From NCBI GenBank assembly GCA_016927695.1, contig JAFGME010000068.1, positions 11,580 to 75,579 of the forward strand: a DNA stretch of 64,000 nt, in the 5' to 3' direction. A program made the translations under genes and the position numbers. The notes under the pieces are model-generated. The model saw only the letters and a program-made list of their open reading frames with translations, was not told the origin of the DNA and searched no databases. Shown in pieces: positions 46,117 to 57,657 of the stretch. This DNA is from Bacteroidales bacterium. GTDB taxonomy: Bacteria > Bacteroidota > Bacteroidia > Bacteroidales > JAFGHD01. Position 1 is the first letter of the stretch, and each line of letters begins with the position of its first letter.

Positions 46117-47862
46117 TTAATTTCCTGCACTCTGCTTTTTTGCAAGAGCTACACCATTGTTTATGAGTGTTTTCAGGGAATTTTCCTTTTCCGCCAGCGT
46201 CAGAAGATAATCCCTCAGTTCCTTATGCCATCCGGAGTTTTTCTTTTCATCCGATAATTCAATAATCTCAAGAGGCAACAGCCATTCGGCGGGGAAGTTT
46301 TTCCTTAGATTTTCAAATATTTGCTTCAATCCTGAAATATCCGCATTGTTTTCACTCCTCATTTCGGAGACCTCCCGGTAAAGGGAAAAAAGCCGTAACG
46401 ATTCTTCCTTATGTTCAATCTTATGTGTCTTTTCCAGAGGAGCCTCATATTGAAGTCCGAATGCTTCCGGATCAACCGGGCCACAGAAAACAGAATCCAC
46501 CCTCTCCCCTATTGCCATATCAAAATTTCCCCATGCCGGATCAAACAGGACTTTACCTTGATAGGTCACAAGGCAATTGCTGAAACTCAGAAGAAGCAGT
46601 TTTCCATCCCTGTTCAGATGCCCGGTCAGGTTTCCGGTCACACTTACCCCCGAATTAAATTCAAGGGTTGTTTTGCCCGATTTGCCTTTCAGTTTTTCCA
46701 GTTCTTCTATCCGGATGTATTCCGGCGGTTTCTGAAAGCCTTTGATCCTGCCCACAGGCGAACCAAATCCGTCTTTATGGTAGTCTGTGCCATGACCATC
46801 CAGTTGTTTTCCGGCAAAGGCAAGCAAAGTTTTTCCTGACAACTTAAGATAAACAGGTTCCCCGTTATCCTCAATGACTTCAGAAAAAACCCCGGCGATT
46901 TGTAAGCCGGAAGACAATACACAGGTGGAAGGCTGTGCGGAATCAACAGCTTTTACCAGGCCTTTGTAACCTCCGGTACGTAGCGCCATCGTGTCCGCAA
47001 ATTCATCCAGCACTGCTGTAAGGCGCTTGAAATCAGGAGTTATAAAAAGATGCGGCTGTTTTGTTGTGATATCAAAATTGTAATGAGCGGCATCTGACGA
47101 ATAAGGAATTTTTTTTACCTCCGGTTGCATTGAGGAGTAGCTCTCCCCGATGGAAGACAAAAGCCCTGCCCCATAAATCTTTGGGTTTTTCAGATCACCG
47201 GTCAGCCCGTATTCTACCGTCCACCAGTGCAGGTTACGTATAAGAGCAAGTTCGGAAAGTTCGCTTTTTTCACTTTCCAGCAGTCTGAGGCGCTTTTCAG
47301 CGATATCAATTTGATTTTTCGGGGTATATGGATCGGCTTTAAGTATGCTGAGGTGCCTGATGGCTTCATACACCTTTTTGTCGTGCGCCGAGGGAAATGC
47401 CTTCGAACCAATCTCTCCGAAAAATCTGAGATATTCTGCATATTCAGCATCTGCAATGATGGGCGCATGCCCTGCCGCTTCATGAAGGATGTCGGGGGCC
47501 GGAGTGTATTCTATCTGACTGATGGGACGTATATCTGCTGCAATTACAAGAACATTGTAAGCCTGGAATTCCATGAAGGCCGATGGGGGTATAAAACCAT
47601 CAACAGCCACAGCAGCCCATCCGATTTCTTTCAGGATACGGTTCATCCCGTACATGTGGGGTATCTTTTCAACAGTGATGCCTGTCTTCTTCAAACCCTT
47701 CAGATAAGAATGGTGAGCAACACCGGGCAGGTAGTTGATATTCTGCCTCATAACATATCTCCAAACCGAATGATCACGTGCAGTGTACTCATTATATGGC
47801 TGGTCAATGACCAGGTTCAGCAAATGGCGGGGCAGCTTTTCAAGGACTTCATTCATTTCCAT
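46117..47862 (-). CDS. Aromatic amino acid (phenylalanine-4-) hydroxylase, long form with about 290-aa C-terminal extension
   Basis: The N-terminal half contains QPYNEYTARDHSVWRYVM and the iron-ligand block PDILHEAAGHAPII. A second half of unknown function follows. Confidence 0.8.
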   Translation of the reverse strand: MEMNEVLEKLPRHLLNLVIDQPYNEYTARDHSVWRYVMRQNINYLPGVAHHSYLKGLKKTGITVEKIPHMYGMNRILKEIGWAAVAVDGFIPPSAFMEFQAYNVLVIAADIRPISQIEYTPAPDILHEAAGHAPIIADAEYAEYLRFFGEIGSKAFPSAHDKKVYEAIRHLSILKADPYTPKNQIDIAEKRLRLLESEKSELSELALIRNLHWWTVEYGLTGDLKNPKIYGAGLLSSIGESYSSMQPEVKKIPYSSDAAHYNFDITTKQPHLFITPDFKRLTAVLDEFADTMALRTGGYKGLVKAVDSAQPSTCVLSSGLQIAGVFSEVIEDNGEPVYLKLSGKTLLAFAGKQLDGHGTDYHKDGFGSPVGRIKGFQKPPEYIRIEELEKLKGKSGKTTLEFNSGVSVTGNLTGHLNRDGKLLLLSFSNCLVTYQGKVLFDPAWGNFDMAIGERVDSVFCGPVDPEAFGLQYEAPLEKTHKIEHKEESLRLFSLYREVSEMRSENNADISGLKQIFENLRKNFPAEWLLPLEIIELSDEKKNSGWHKELRDYLLTLAEKENSLKTLINNGVALAKKQSAGN

Positions 47863-47935
47863 AACCGGAATTTAATATGGTTGCTATTATTTTAAATACT
47901 AATTTTAGCGATTATTAAGAAAACAAACCTTTACG

Positions 47936-47943
47936 TAATTTTG
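47936..47943 (+). promoter_or_regulatory. Candidate -7 promoter box (TAnnTTTG) for glgB
   Basis: TAATTTTG ends 21 nt upstream of the ATG at 47964. Confidence 0.4.
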
Positions 47944-47963
47944 TTTTCAGGTAATCAACAAAT

Positions 47964-49979
47964 ATGGCCAAAAAGAAACTTAAGATTATAGAGCATGATT
48001 CGTGGCTTATCCCAAGCGAATCGGATATCAATGACCGGTTTCAAAGATTTGCCCAAAGGCTTGATGAAATTGAAAATGAATTTGGTGGCCTTGTTAAATT
48101 CGCTGACGGTTATAAGTATTTCGGCATCAACCACAGCAAAGCAGATGGCGGATGGTATTACAGGGAATGGGCCCCTGCAGCCAAAGCTCTTTATCTTACC
48201 GGTGATTTCAACCGCTGGGAGAAATTTTCCCATCCTCTCACCCGGGATGAATTTGGAATATGGGAAATATTTCTGGATGACAAAAAGTATAATGACAGTT
48301 TTGTTCATGGCAGCAAAGTCAAAGTAATTGTAGATTCAGTAAAGGGTTTACAATATCGGATCCCGGCTTATATCAAGAGGGTGATCCAGGATGATAAAAC
48401 CAAGGATTTTACCGGGCAGATATGGAATCCCCCGCGGTTCGACTGGAACGGTGATGATTTCAGGACTCCGGGAACGGAAGGCCTGTACATTTATGAGTGC
48501 CATGTTGGAATGGCGCAGGAAAAAGAAGGGATCGGCTCCTATAAAGAATTTACTGAAAACATTTTACCAAGGATCAGAGAGGGAGGTTACAACGCCATAC
48601 AACTCATGGCCATTCAGGAGCATCCCTACTATGGTTCTTTCGGATATCACATAAGCAATTTTTTCGCACCTTCCTCACGCTTCGGTACGCCTGGCGATCT
48701 CAGGGAACTCATCAGGGAAGCACATAAGATGGGTATTGCAGTTATCCTCGACATAGTTCATTCGCATACTGTGAAAAACATCAACGAAGGAATCAATGAA
48801 TTCGATGGTTCGGATTCCCTTTATTTTCATGCCGGCGCCAGGGGGGAGCATCCTCAATGGGATTCAAAACTCTTTGATTATGGAAAAACTGAAGTGCTTC
48901 GGTTTTTGTTGTCAAACATCAAATACTGGATCAGGGAATTTCATTTCGATGGTTTCAGGTTCGACGGAGTAGGATCAATGATGTACTTCCATCATGGCAA
49001 CGAGCCCATCGACAGCCGTGAAAAATACTTTAAGCAGGGTGTGGAGTGGGATGCTGTGACATACCTTCAGCTGGCAAATGTTCTTGCCCACAGGCTCAAG
49101 AGTGATTGTATCACCATAGCGGAAGATGTCACGGGAATGCCCGGGCTATGCTTTTCTGTGCGTGAGGGAGGCGTGGGATTCGATTACCGTCTCGGGATGG
49201 CCATTCCTGATTTCTGGATCCGGTATCTTAAGGAAAAGAAAGACGAGGAATGGGATATGCGTGAAGCATGGAACATACTCAATAACCGGCTACCCGGAGT
49301 GAAAACCGTGGCCTACGCCGAATCTCATGATCAGGCCCTGGTGGGAGATAAAACCCTTGCGTTTTGGCTCATGGATAAAGAGATGTACTGGAATATGCAT
49401 GAAGGAAGCGACAACCTGATTATCGAAAGGGGTATTGCCCTGCATAAAATGATAAGGTTGTTTACCCTTGCCGCAGGTGGAAATGCATACATGAATTTCA
49501 TGGGAAATGAATTCGGTCATCCGGAATGGATCGACTTCCCGCGCGAAGGAAACAACTGGAGCTACAAGTACGCCAGACGTCAGTGGTCGCTCGTTGATGA
49601 TCCATCACTGAAATACAAATACCTTGCTGCTTTTGATAAAGCCATGATCAGGGTTTTCAAAGAAAACAATGTTTTTCAGCATGAATATGCCCGCGAACTG
49701 AACATCGACGAATACAACAAAACCATCATTTTTGACAGAAAAGGATTGATATTCATCCTCAATTTTCATGTCAGCAACTCTATTCCTGATTACGAATTCA
49801 CAATGCCGGAAGCCGGTCAATACCGGATTATCCTGAATTCTGATCACCCGGCGTTTGGAGGATACGGACGAACGGATGAAAGCATGTTGTATCCAACCTT
49901 CATAAAAGCCGGCGGCGCCAATACACTTAAATTATACGTCACCCACCGTACAGCCCTTGTTCTTAAAAGAGTTAATTGA
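47964..49979 (+). CDS. glgB: 1,4-alpha-glucan branching enzyme (GH13, eukaryote-like subtype)
   Basis: GH13 conserved regions are VILDIVHSH, FDGFRFDGV, IAEDVTG and AESHDQ. The N-terminal region YYREWAPAAKALYLTGDFNRW is typical of branching enzymes. Confidence 0.9.
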   Translation: MAKKKLKIIEHDSWLIPSESDINDRFQRFAQRLDEIENEFGGLVKFADGYKYFGINHSKADGGWYYREWAPAAKALYLTGDFNRWEKFSHPLTRDEFGIWEIFLDDKKYNDSFVHGSKVKVIVDSVKGLQYRIPAYIKRVIQDDKTKDFTGQIWNPPRFDWNGDDFRTPGTEGLYIYECHVGMAQEKEGIGSYKEFTENILPRIREGGYNAIQLMAIQEHPYYGSFGYHISNFFAPSSRFGTPGDLRELIREAHKMGIAVILDIVHSHTVKNINEGINEFDGSDSLYFHAGARGEHPQWDSKLFDYGKTEVLRFLLSNIKYWIREFHFDGFRFDGVGSMMYFHHGNEPIDSREKYFKQGVEWDAVTYLQLANVLAHRLKSDCITIAEDVTGMPGLCFSVREGGVGFDYRLGMAIPDFWIRYLKEKKDEEWDMREAWNILNNRLPGVKTVAYAESHDQALVGDKTLAFWLMDKEMYWNMHEGSDNLIIERGIALHKMIRLFTLAAGGNAYMNFMGNEFGHPEWIDFPREGNNWSYKYARRQWSLVDDPSLKYKYLAAFDKAMIRVFKENNVFQHEYARELNIDEYNKTIIFDRKGLIFILNFHVSNSIPDYEFTMPEAGQYRIILNSDHPAFGGYGRTDESMLYPTFIKAGGANTLKLYVTHRTALVLKRVN

Positions 49980-49985
49980 TTTGCC

Positions 49986-50567
49986 ATGGTCCAAATAAGT
50001 ATAAACGAAAAAGCCCGTTTTTTTTTGAGCAACTTTCTGAAAGGGCTTTTATGGCTGATCATACTCATCGTTGTGTTTGTTTTGGCAAGGAAACATGTAA
50101 ATCCTGATTTCAATGCTTATCTCCAGCCATTCCTTGATAATACCCCGCTCATCCTGACCATTTATTGCCTGTCGGAATTTCTTTTGGGTATCATTCCTCC
50201 TGAAATGTTCATGATATGGGCGTTGAAATTTGAAACACTGAATCACTATATTTTCTATGTTACCCTGTTTTCATTGATTTCTTATATTGCGGGCACTTCA
50301 GGGTTTCTTTTCGGGAAATACCTGAACAATACAAGGTATTACAGGTACCTGAGAAGGAGATTCTTGGGAAAATATCATTCCCTGTTAACGAAATACGGTT
50401 TTTTTCTGATACTTGTAGCCGCACTGACCCCCCTGCCCTTTTCGGCAATCAGCATACTGGTTGGGTCACTGAATTATCCCGCCGGCAAATACCTCTTATA
50501 TGCTCTTTCGAGATTCCCGAGGTATGCTGTTTATGCTTTCATCATCTGGGAATCCGGGCTTTTATAA
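49986..50567 (+). CDS. YqaA/DedA (VTT-domain)-like membrane protein
   Basis: The 193 aa protein has several TM segments. GIIPPEMFMIWA and LTPLPFSAISILVGSL resemble the YqaA-type re-entrant motifs. Confidence 0.5.
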   Translation: MVQISINEKARFFLSNFLKGLLWLIILIVVFVLARKHVNPDFNAYLQPFLDNTPLILTIYCLSEFLLGIIPPEMFMIWALKFETLNHYIFYVTLFSLISYIAGTSGFLFGKYLNNTRYYRYLRRRFLGKYHSLLTKYGFFLILVAALTPLPFSAISILVGSLNYPAGKYLLYALSRFPRYAVYAFIIWESGLL

Positions 50568-51863
<1,296 letters not shown>

Positions 51864-51875
51864 TCATATTATTGA

Positions 51876-51906
51876 AAAAGGATAAAGCCCGCAGCCCTAT
51901 CCTTTT
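51876..51906 (-). terminator. Possible hairpin terminator/attenuator between rplQ and eno
   Basis: AAAAGGATA-(13 nt)-TATCCTTTT forms a 9-bp A/T-rich stem and continues into T-rich sequence on the minus strand. It is weak by GC content. Confidence 0.3.
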
Positions 51907-51943
51907 CATGATATTTTTTATTAACAGATTTTATTCCTCTGCA

Positions 51944-52636
51944 TTATTTCTTTTCAGGGGCGGAATCATCACCCTTAGTATCCGGTGTTTCGCCTTCATC
52001 CTTAACATCTTCAGAGTTCCCGGCATTTTCCTCTATGATGGCTTCCGGGGCTTTTTCTTCGGTTTTCACTTCCGGGCTTTCTTTTACCTGTTCCGGAGCG
52101 GTTACCTTATCCCCGGTTTCTGCAACAGCAGGTTTTTTAGCAACGGGTGGTTCATTGGCAGATTTCTTTACAACAGCTGGTTTTTCATCTGCAGAGACTT
52201 CGGCTTTTTTCTTGCCGGCGCCCCTTCTTCTCCTTGCAGTTTTAGATTTTCCGGTATCCTGTGCGCCAAGAAGGTTTTCATTGAAGTCAACCAGTTCAAT
52301 CAGGCACATTTCGGCATTGTCGCCCAATCTTGTGCCGGTTTTGATGATCCTGGTATATCCTCCCGGTCTTTCTGCCACCTTTACGGAAACTTCCCTGAAA
52401 AGTTCAGTAACAGCATCCTTGCTTTGCAGATAGCTGAACACAACCCTTCTTGAATGGGTGGTGTCGAGTTTGGATTTTGTAATCAGGGGCTCTACATAAG
52501 TCCTCAATGCCCTGGCTTTTGCAAGGGTGGTGTTGATCCGTTTATGCATGATGAGCGAGGTGGCCATATTGGCCAGCATTGCCTTCCTGTGTTCGCTTTT
52601 CCTTGATAAATGATTGAAATTTTTCCTGTGTCTCAT
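51944..52636 (-). CDS. rplQ: 50S ribosomal protein L17 with long low-complexity C-terminal extension
   Basis: The N-terminus is [42 protein letters not shown]-like. A tail of about 105 aa rich in K/A/E/P follows the L17 core. Confidence 0.9.
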   Translation of the reverse strand: MRHRKNFNHLSRKSEHRKAMLANMATSLIMHKRINTTLAKARALRTYVEPLITKSKLDTTHSRRVVFSYLQSKDAVTELFREVSVKVAERPGGYTRIIKTGTRLGDNAEMCLIELVDFNENLLGAQDTGKSKTARRRRGAGKKKAEVSADEKPAVVKKSANEPPVAKKPAVAETGDKVTAPEQVKESPEVKTEEKAPEAIIEENAGNSEDVKDEGETPDTKGDDSAPEKK

Positions 52637-52641
52637 CTCAA

Positions 52642-53634
52642 TTATTCCTTATCTAATTTATACTTCGAAATATTCATTCCAAACTCAAGCCCCTTTGATT
52701 TCACCAGCTCTTCGAGTTCTGTCAGTGATTTTTTTCCAAAATTTCTGAATTTCAGCAAATCGTTTTTATTAAACTGCACCAGGTCGCCAAGCGATTCCAC
52801 ATCGGCAGCTTTCAGGCAATTCAATGCCCTGACGGAAAGGTCAAGATCAACCAGTTTTGTTTTCAAAAGCTGACGGGTATGCAGAGAGCTCTCGTCAAAT
52901 TCTTCAGTAACCGCTTTTTCTTCCGTTTCAAGTTTAATTTTCTCATCAGAAAACAGCATGAAATGGTGAATCAGAATTTTGGCCGACTCTTTAAGTGCTT
53001 CTTTCGGATGAATGGAGCCATCCGTTATGATCTCCAAAATTAGCTTTTCATAGTCGGTTTTCTGCTCCACCCTGAAATTCTCAACACTGTACCTGACATT
53101 TTTAACCGGGGTATGGATGGAGTCAATAAATATTGTTCCTACCGGTGCATTCAGGATTTTGTTTTCCTCTGCCGGCACGTATCCGCGTCCTTTTTCGATG
53201 GAGATGTCGATGGATAATTTAACCCCCTGATCCATGTGACAGATTTCAACATCCGGGTTAAGTACCTGAAAAACAGACAGGAATTTGTTTATATCACCGG
53301 CCTTAAACACATCCTGGTCTCCAATAACAATACGGGCTTTTTCACTGCTTTCAGAATCGATCTGCCGCCTGAATCTTATTTTTTTCAGATTCAGTACAAT
53401 ATCCGTTACATCTTCCACCACACCTTTAATGCTCGAGAATTCCTGCTCCACACTCTCAATTTTAATGGATGTTATCGCAAAACCTTCGAGTGACGACAGC
53501 AATATTCGTCTCAGAGCATTGCCTATAGTTATTCCAAAACCCGGTTCAAGCGGACGAAATTCAAAGACACCCTTGAATTCGTCGGCCTCGATCATGATAA
53601 CTTTTTCTGGTTTTTGAAATGCTAAAATGGCCAT
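52642..53634 (-). CDS. rpoA: DNA-directed RNA polymerase subunit alpha
   Basis: [28 protein letters not shown] is present. The C-terminal alpha-CTD is [23 protein letters not shown]. Confidence 0.95.
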   Translation of the reverse strand: MAILAFQKPEKVIMIEADEFKGVFEFRPLEPGFGITIGNALRRILLSSLEGFAITSIKIESVEQEFSSIKGVVEDVTDIVLNLKKIRFRRQIDSESSEKARIVIGDQDVFKAGDINKFLSVFQVLNPDVEICHMDQGVKLSIDISIEKGRGYVPAEENKILNAPVGTIFIDSIHTPVKNVRYSVENFRVEQKTDYEKLILEIITDGSIHPKEALKESAKILIHHFMLFSDEKIKLETEEKAVTEEFDESSLHTRQLLKTKLVDLDLSVRALNCLKAADVESLGDLVQFNKNDLLKFRNFGKKSLTELEELVKSKGLEFGMNISKYKLDKE

Positions 53635-53669
53635 TTATTGTATATTTTAAGTTATAAATAGGACAAACA

Positions 53670-54275
53670 CTATTTTGAATATAATTCCACGATCAATTGT
53701 TCCTTGATATTTTCAGGGATTTCTTCCCTTGGTGGATAATTCATGAACTTACCTTTCATCAGGTTTTCATCCCATTCAAGCCATGAATAGGCATTGCTTC
53801 TCGATGCCAGTGAATTGGTGATCACCTCAAGTGACCGGGATTTTTCCCTGACTCCTACAATATCACCGGAGCGTAAGGTGTAAGAAGGAACATTGACCAC
53901 CTCGCCGTTTACTGTAATATGCCTGTGTGATACCAACTGCCGTGCTCCCGCCCTTGTCGGGGCTATTCCCATGCGGTAAACCACATTGTCTAAACGGGCT
54001 TCAATTAATTGCAGCAATATTTCACCAGTAATCCCTTTTTTTCGTGATGCCCTTTCAAAGATGCCTTTAAACTGCCGTTCGAGAATACCATAGGTATATT
54101 TTGCCTTCTGCTTTTCCTGCAGCTGAACACCGTATTCAGACTGTTTTCTTCTTCTTTTGGAAGACCCATGCATTCCGGGAGGATAATTCTTTCGTTCGTA
54201 ATATTTATCCGGCCCGTAAATAGGCTCCTTAAATTTCCTAGCTATTTTGGATTTTGGTCCGATATATCTTGCCAT
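53670..54275 (-). CDS. rpsD: 30S ribosomal protein S4
   Basis: [15 protein letters not shown] and [31 protein letters not shown] (S4 domain) are present. Confidence 0.95.
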   Translation of the reverse strand: MARYIGPKSKIARKFKEPIYGPDKYYERKNYPPGMHGSSKRRRKQSEYGVQLQEKQKAKYTYGILERQFKGIFERASRKKGITGEILLQLIEARLDNVVYRMGIAPTRAGARQLVSHRHITVNGEVVNVPSYTLRSGDIVGVREKSRSLEVITNSLASRSNAYSWLEWDENLMKGKFMNYPPREEIPENIKEQLIVELYSK

Positions 54276-54310
54276 CTTTCAAAAAAATTTGCTGTTGTTA
54301 ATAATATCAA

Positions 54311-54700
54311 TCAAACCCTTCTTCTTTTGGGAGGCCTGCAACCGTTATGCGGTAACGGAGTTATGTCGATAATTTCAGCGACCTCGATCCCACTGGTATG
54401 TATCGTCCTTATTGCCGATTCTCTTCCGGCTCCGGGGCCTTTAACATACACCTTCACTTTGCGGAGTCCAAGATCATACGCCACTTTTGAGCATTCCGTT
54501 GCTGCCATTTGGGCAGCATACGGGGTGTTTTTCTTGGAGCCTTTGAATCCCATCTTTCCTGCTGACGCCCACGATATCACCTGACCGGAGTTATTCGTCA
54601 ACGAAACAATGATGTTGTTGAAGGAGGCACTGACGTAAGCCCTGCCATTGGCTTCAACCTTAACAACCCTTTTTTTTGTACTTCTGGATGTTTTAGCCAT
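54311..54700 (-). CDS. rpsK: 30S ribosomal protein S11
   Basis: [15 protein letters not shown] and [17 protein letters not shown] are present. Confidence 0.95.
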   Translation of the reverse strand: MAKTSRSTKKRVVKVEANGRAYVSASFNNIIVSLTNNSGQVISWASAGKMGFKGSKKNTPYAAQMAATECSKVAYDLGLRKVKVYVKGPGAGRESAIRTIHTSGIEVAEIIDITPLPHNGCRPPKRRRV

Positions 54701-54729
54701 ATCTCTTTTTTTTCACTAATTTCTACTTC

Positions 54730-55110
54730 TTAGCCTTTGGGTGCCTTCTTTTTATTGGCCACCGTCTTTCTTCTTCCTTTCCTTGTACGGGCATTGTTTT
54801 TTGTGCTCTGACCGCGGACCGGCAAGCCGATACGGTGTCTGATGCCACGGTATGTGCCAATGTCCATCAGCCTTTTGATATTCATCTGGATTTCAGAACG
54901 CAACTCACCTTCCACCTTTAAAGATGCCCCGATGACATTCCTGATTCTTGTTTGCTCATCGTCGGTCCATTCCTGAACTTTTTTCTGACGATCAACTTCC
55001 GCCTCGTCAAGTATTTTCTGCGCTGTTGATCTTCCGATCCCAAAAATATAGGTTAAGGCGATTTGGCCTTGTTTGTTTTTTGGTATGTCTACACCAGCAA
55101 TTCTTGCCAT
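54730..55110 (-). CDS. rpsM: 30S ribosomal protein S13
   Basis: [13 protein letters not shown] and [26 protein letters not shown] are present. Confidence 0.95.
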   Translation of the reverse strand: MARIAGVDIPKNKQGQIALTYIFGIGRSTAQKILDEAEVDRQKKVQEWTDDEQTRIRNVIGASLKVEGELRSEIQMNIKRLMDIGTYRGIRHRIGLPVRGQSTKNNARTRKGRRKTVANKKKAPKG

Positions 55111-55140
55111 AGTTTGAACTGATTTATTTAATTATTCTGT

Positions 55141-55257
55141 TTATCCCTGTCTTTGTTTGTACTTGGGATTTTTTTTATTAATGACATACACACGTCCCTT
55201 TCTGCGAACTATCTTACAGTCCGCAGTTCTTTTCTTAACAGATGCTCTTACCTTCAT
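55141..55257 (-). CDS. rpmJ: 50S ribosomal protein L36 (single-Cys, non-zinc-type sequence)
   Basis: This gene is not in the ORF track because it is under 60 aa. Manual minus-strand translation gives [38 protein letters not shown] followed by a stop. It lies between infA and rpsM, as expected. Confidence 0.9.
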   Translation of the reverse strand: MKVRASVKKRTADCKIVRRKGRVYVINKKNPKYKQRQG

Positions 55258-55264
55258 AATTCAA

Positions 55265-55483
55265 TTATTTGTAACGGTATGTTATTCTTCCTTTTGTCAA
55301 ATCGTAGGGTGACATTTCAAGCTTCACTTTGTCCCCCGGTAAAATCTTGATATAATGCATCCGCATTTTCCCTGAAATATGGGCAACCACAACATGCCCG
55401 TTTTCCAGTTCAACACGGAACATTGCATTTCCAAGTGATTCTATTACCGTTCCGTCCAGCTCTATAGAAGCCTGTTTAGCCAT
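55265..55483 (-). CDS. infA: Translation initiation factor IF-1
   Basis: The sequence is [72 protein letters not shown]. Confidence 0.95.
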   Translation of the reverse strand: MAKQASIELDGTVIESLGNAMFRVELENGHVVVAHISGKMRMHYIKILPGDKVKLEMSPYDLTKGRITYRYK

Positions 55484-56264
55484 TCTGCTTTTCTCTGTTT
55501 AAAACTTCTTCAATATAATCAAATGTTGACAAAATTTCGGCATGTCCCTTACGCACAACTATGTCATGCTCATAATGTGCAGAACATGATCCGTCAGCCG
55601 TCCGTATTGTCCAACCATCGTTTTCCTGTATCACCCTCCTGGTTCCAAGATTGATCATGGGTTCAACGGCAAGTACCATTCCCTCAAGCAATTTAATCCC
55701 GGAACCTCTTTTTCCATAATTGGGGACTTCCGGTTTTTCGTGCAGTTTTCTGCCCAATCCATGCCCTACAAGATCCCTGACCACTGAATAACCATAGGAT
55801 TCCACATAGCTCTGAACAGCAAAACCAATATCACCCACTCTGTTTCCTGCAACTGCCTGTCCGATCCCAAGATAAAGGGATTGTTTTGTCCGTTCCATTA
55901 ACTCAGCCACTCCGCTATTCACATGTCCCACTGCAAAAGTGTAGGCAGAGTCGCCGTAGTAGCCGTTTTTCAGGGTGCCGCAATCGATGGAAACAATGTC
56001 TCCGTCTTTCAGCTCCCTTTCTCCCGGCATCCCGTGTACCACCTGATCATTTACAGAAATACACAGGGTGTATGGAAATCCGTTGTATCCCTTAAATCCC
56101 GGTTTGGCTCCATGGTCCCTGATAAACTGCTCGGCCAACTGGTCCAGAAAAATGGTTTTCACACCGGGCCGAATATGCCTGGCTATTTCAGCCAGGGTTT
56201 TGCCAACAAGCAAAGAACTTTCTTTTATTAACTCAATTTCTTCTTCCGTCTTACAATAAACCAT
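55476..56264 (-). CDS. map: Type I methionine aminopeptidase
   Basis: [39 protein letters not shown] and HYEHDIVV (metal ligand blocks) are present. I prefer the ATG at 56264 over the GTG at 56276. The gene overlaps infA by 8 nt. Confidence 0.9.
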   Translation of the reverse strand: MVYCKTEEEIELIKESSLLVGKTLAEIARHIRPGVKTIFLDQLAEQFIRDHGAKPGFKGYNGFPYTLCISVNDQVVHGMPGERELKDGDIVSIDCGTLKNGYYGDSAYTFAVGHVNSGVAELMERTKQSLYLGIGQAVAGNRVGDIGFAVQSYVESYGYSVVRDLVGHGLGRKLHEKPEVPNYGKRGSGIKLLEGMVLAVEPMINLGTRRVIQENDGWTIRTADGSCSAHYEHDIVVRKGHAEILSTFDYIEEVLNREKQNG

Positions 56265-56282
56265 AACATAGTCCACCCAAAA

Positions 56283-57653
56283 TTACCCGGTCATACTCAT
56301 TGATGACCTCCCTTTAATCCTGCCCGATTTAGTAAGTCCGTCATAATGCCTCATCAGAAGGTGACTTTCAATTTGCTGCAATGTATCCAGCACAACTCCC
56401 ACAAGGATCAGCAAAGAGGTTCCGCCATAAAACTGTGCAAATTGTGTGCTCACGCCGAAAAGGCTTACAATGGCAGGTAAAATAGCGACAAAACCCAGGA
56501 AGATAGATCCTGGTAATGTAATTCGCGACATTACATTGTCAATAAACTCTGCTGTTTTTCTTCCAGGTTTAACCCCCGGTATAAAGCCACCGTTCTTTTT
56601 CATATCATCCGCCATCTGATTCGGGTTAATGGTAATAGCGGTATAAAAATAAGTAAACAGGATGATCATAACAAAGAAGGTGAAGTTGTACCAGAACCCG
56701 TTGATATTTGAAAACGCAGCAGCAAATCCTGTGAGGGCCTCAGAGGAGGTAAACCCAACGAGGGTAATCGGCAGGAACATAATGGCCTGGGCAAAGATAA
56801 TGGGCATAACCCCCGCGGCATTCACCTTCAGGGGTATGTATTGCCTGACCCCGCCATACTGTTTGTTTCCGACAATCCTCTTGGCGTATTGAACGGGTAT
56901 TTTCCGCGTTCCCTGAACAAGCAAAATCGAGATAAGTATGACAAAAATCAACACCACAATCTCAAGCACAAAATAGACCAGGCCTCCTCCGCCTTTTTCT
57001 TCCATACGTGAAACAAATTCGCCGAAGAGTGCAAATGGCAAACGTGCAATGATACCGATCATGATGATGAGGGAAATACCGTTGCCTATTCCTTTATCGG
57101 TGATTTTTTCACCCAGCCACATAATAAACATGGATCCTGCCGTGAGGATTACTATGGATGATATTCCAAAAAAGGATAAAATGCTGTGGGAGGTTGTTGA
57201 TGGGTCAAATGGATAAATTCCTTCGGGAGGAAGTTGCCTGACCAGATTGGCGATATACCCTGGCGACTGGAATACAAGGATGATCACGGTAAGATAACGG
57301 GTGATCTGATTGATCTTTCTTCTTCCGCTTTCGCCTTCTTTCTGCAGCTTCTGGAAGTAAGGGATAGCCATCCCCAGCAACTGCACAACAATGGAGGCTG
57401 AAATGTAAGGCATGATTCCTAACGCAAAGATACTTGCATTGGAAAAAGCCCCACCCGAAAACATATTAAGGAGTCCGAGCAATCCTTCGCTGGTTTGATT
57501 CTGCAGATTGGTAAGTTGGTCCGGATCAACTCCGGGAAGCACCACATACGCTCCCAACCTGTAAATCAGGATAATACCAAGGGTGTAAAGAATCCTGTTT
57601 CGCAGTTCCTCAATTTTATATATATTCCTGATGGTCTGTATTAATCTTTTCAT
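56283..57653 (-). CDS. secY: Preprotein translocase subunit SecY
   Basis: The protein has a 10-TM pattern with LFALGIMPYISASIVVQLL and GGFIPGVKPGRKTAEFI. It sits between rplO and map. Confidence 0.95.
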   Translation of the reverse strand: MKRLIQTIRNIYKIEELRNRILYTLGIILIYRLGAYVVLPGVDPDQLTNLQNQTSEGLLGLLNMFSGGAFSNASIFALGIMPYISASIVVQLLGMAIPYFQKLQKEGESGRRKINQITRYLTVIILVFQSPGYIANLVRQLPPEGIYPFDPSTTSHSILSFFGISSIVILTAGSMFIMWLGEKITDKGIGNGISLIIMIGIIARLPFALFGEFVSRMEEKGGGGLVYFVLEIVVLIFVILISILLVQGTRKIPVQYAKRIVGNKQYGGVRQYIPLKVNAAGVMPIIFAQAIMFLPITLVGFTSSEALTGFAAAFSNINGFWYNFTFFVMIILFTYFYTAITINPNQMADDMKKNGGFIPGVKPGRKTAEFIDNVMSRITLPGSIFLGFVAILPAIVSLFGVSTQFAQFYGGTSLLILVGVVLDTLQQIESHLLMRHYDGLTKSGRIKGRSSMSMTG

Positions 57654-57657
57654 TCGG

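Noticed and set aside
47227-47895. 222-aa plus-strand ORF
   Set aside because: It is antisense to the catalytic half of the phenylalanine hydroxylase and shows no motif, so it is a shadow ORF.
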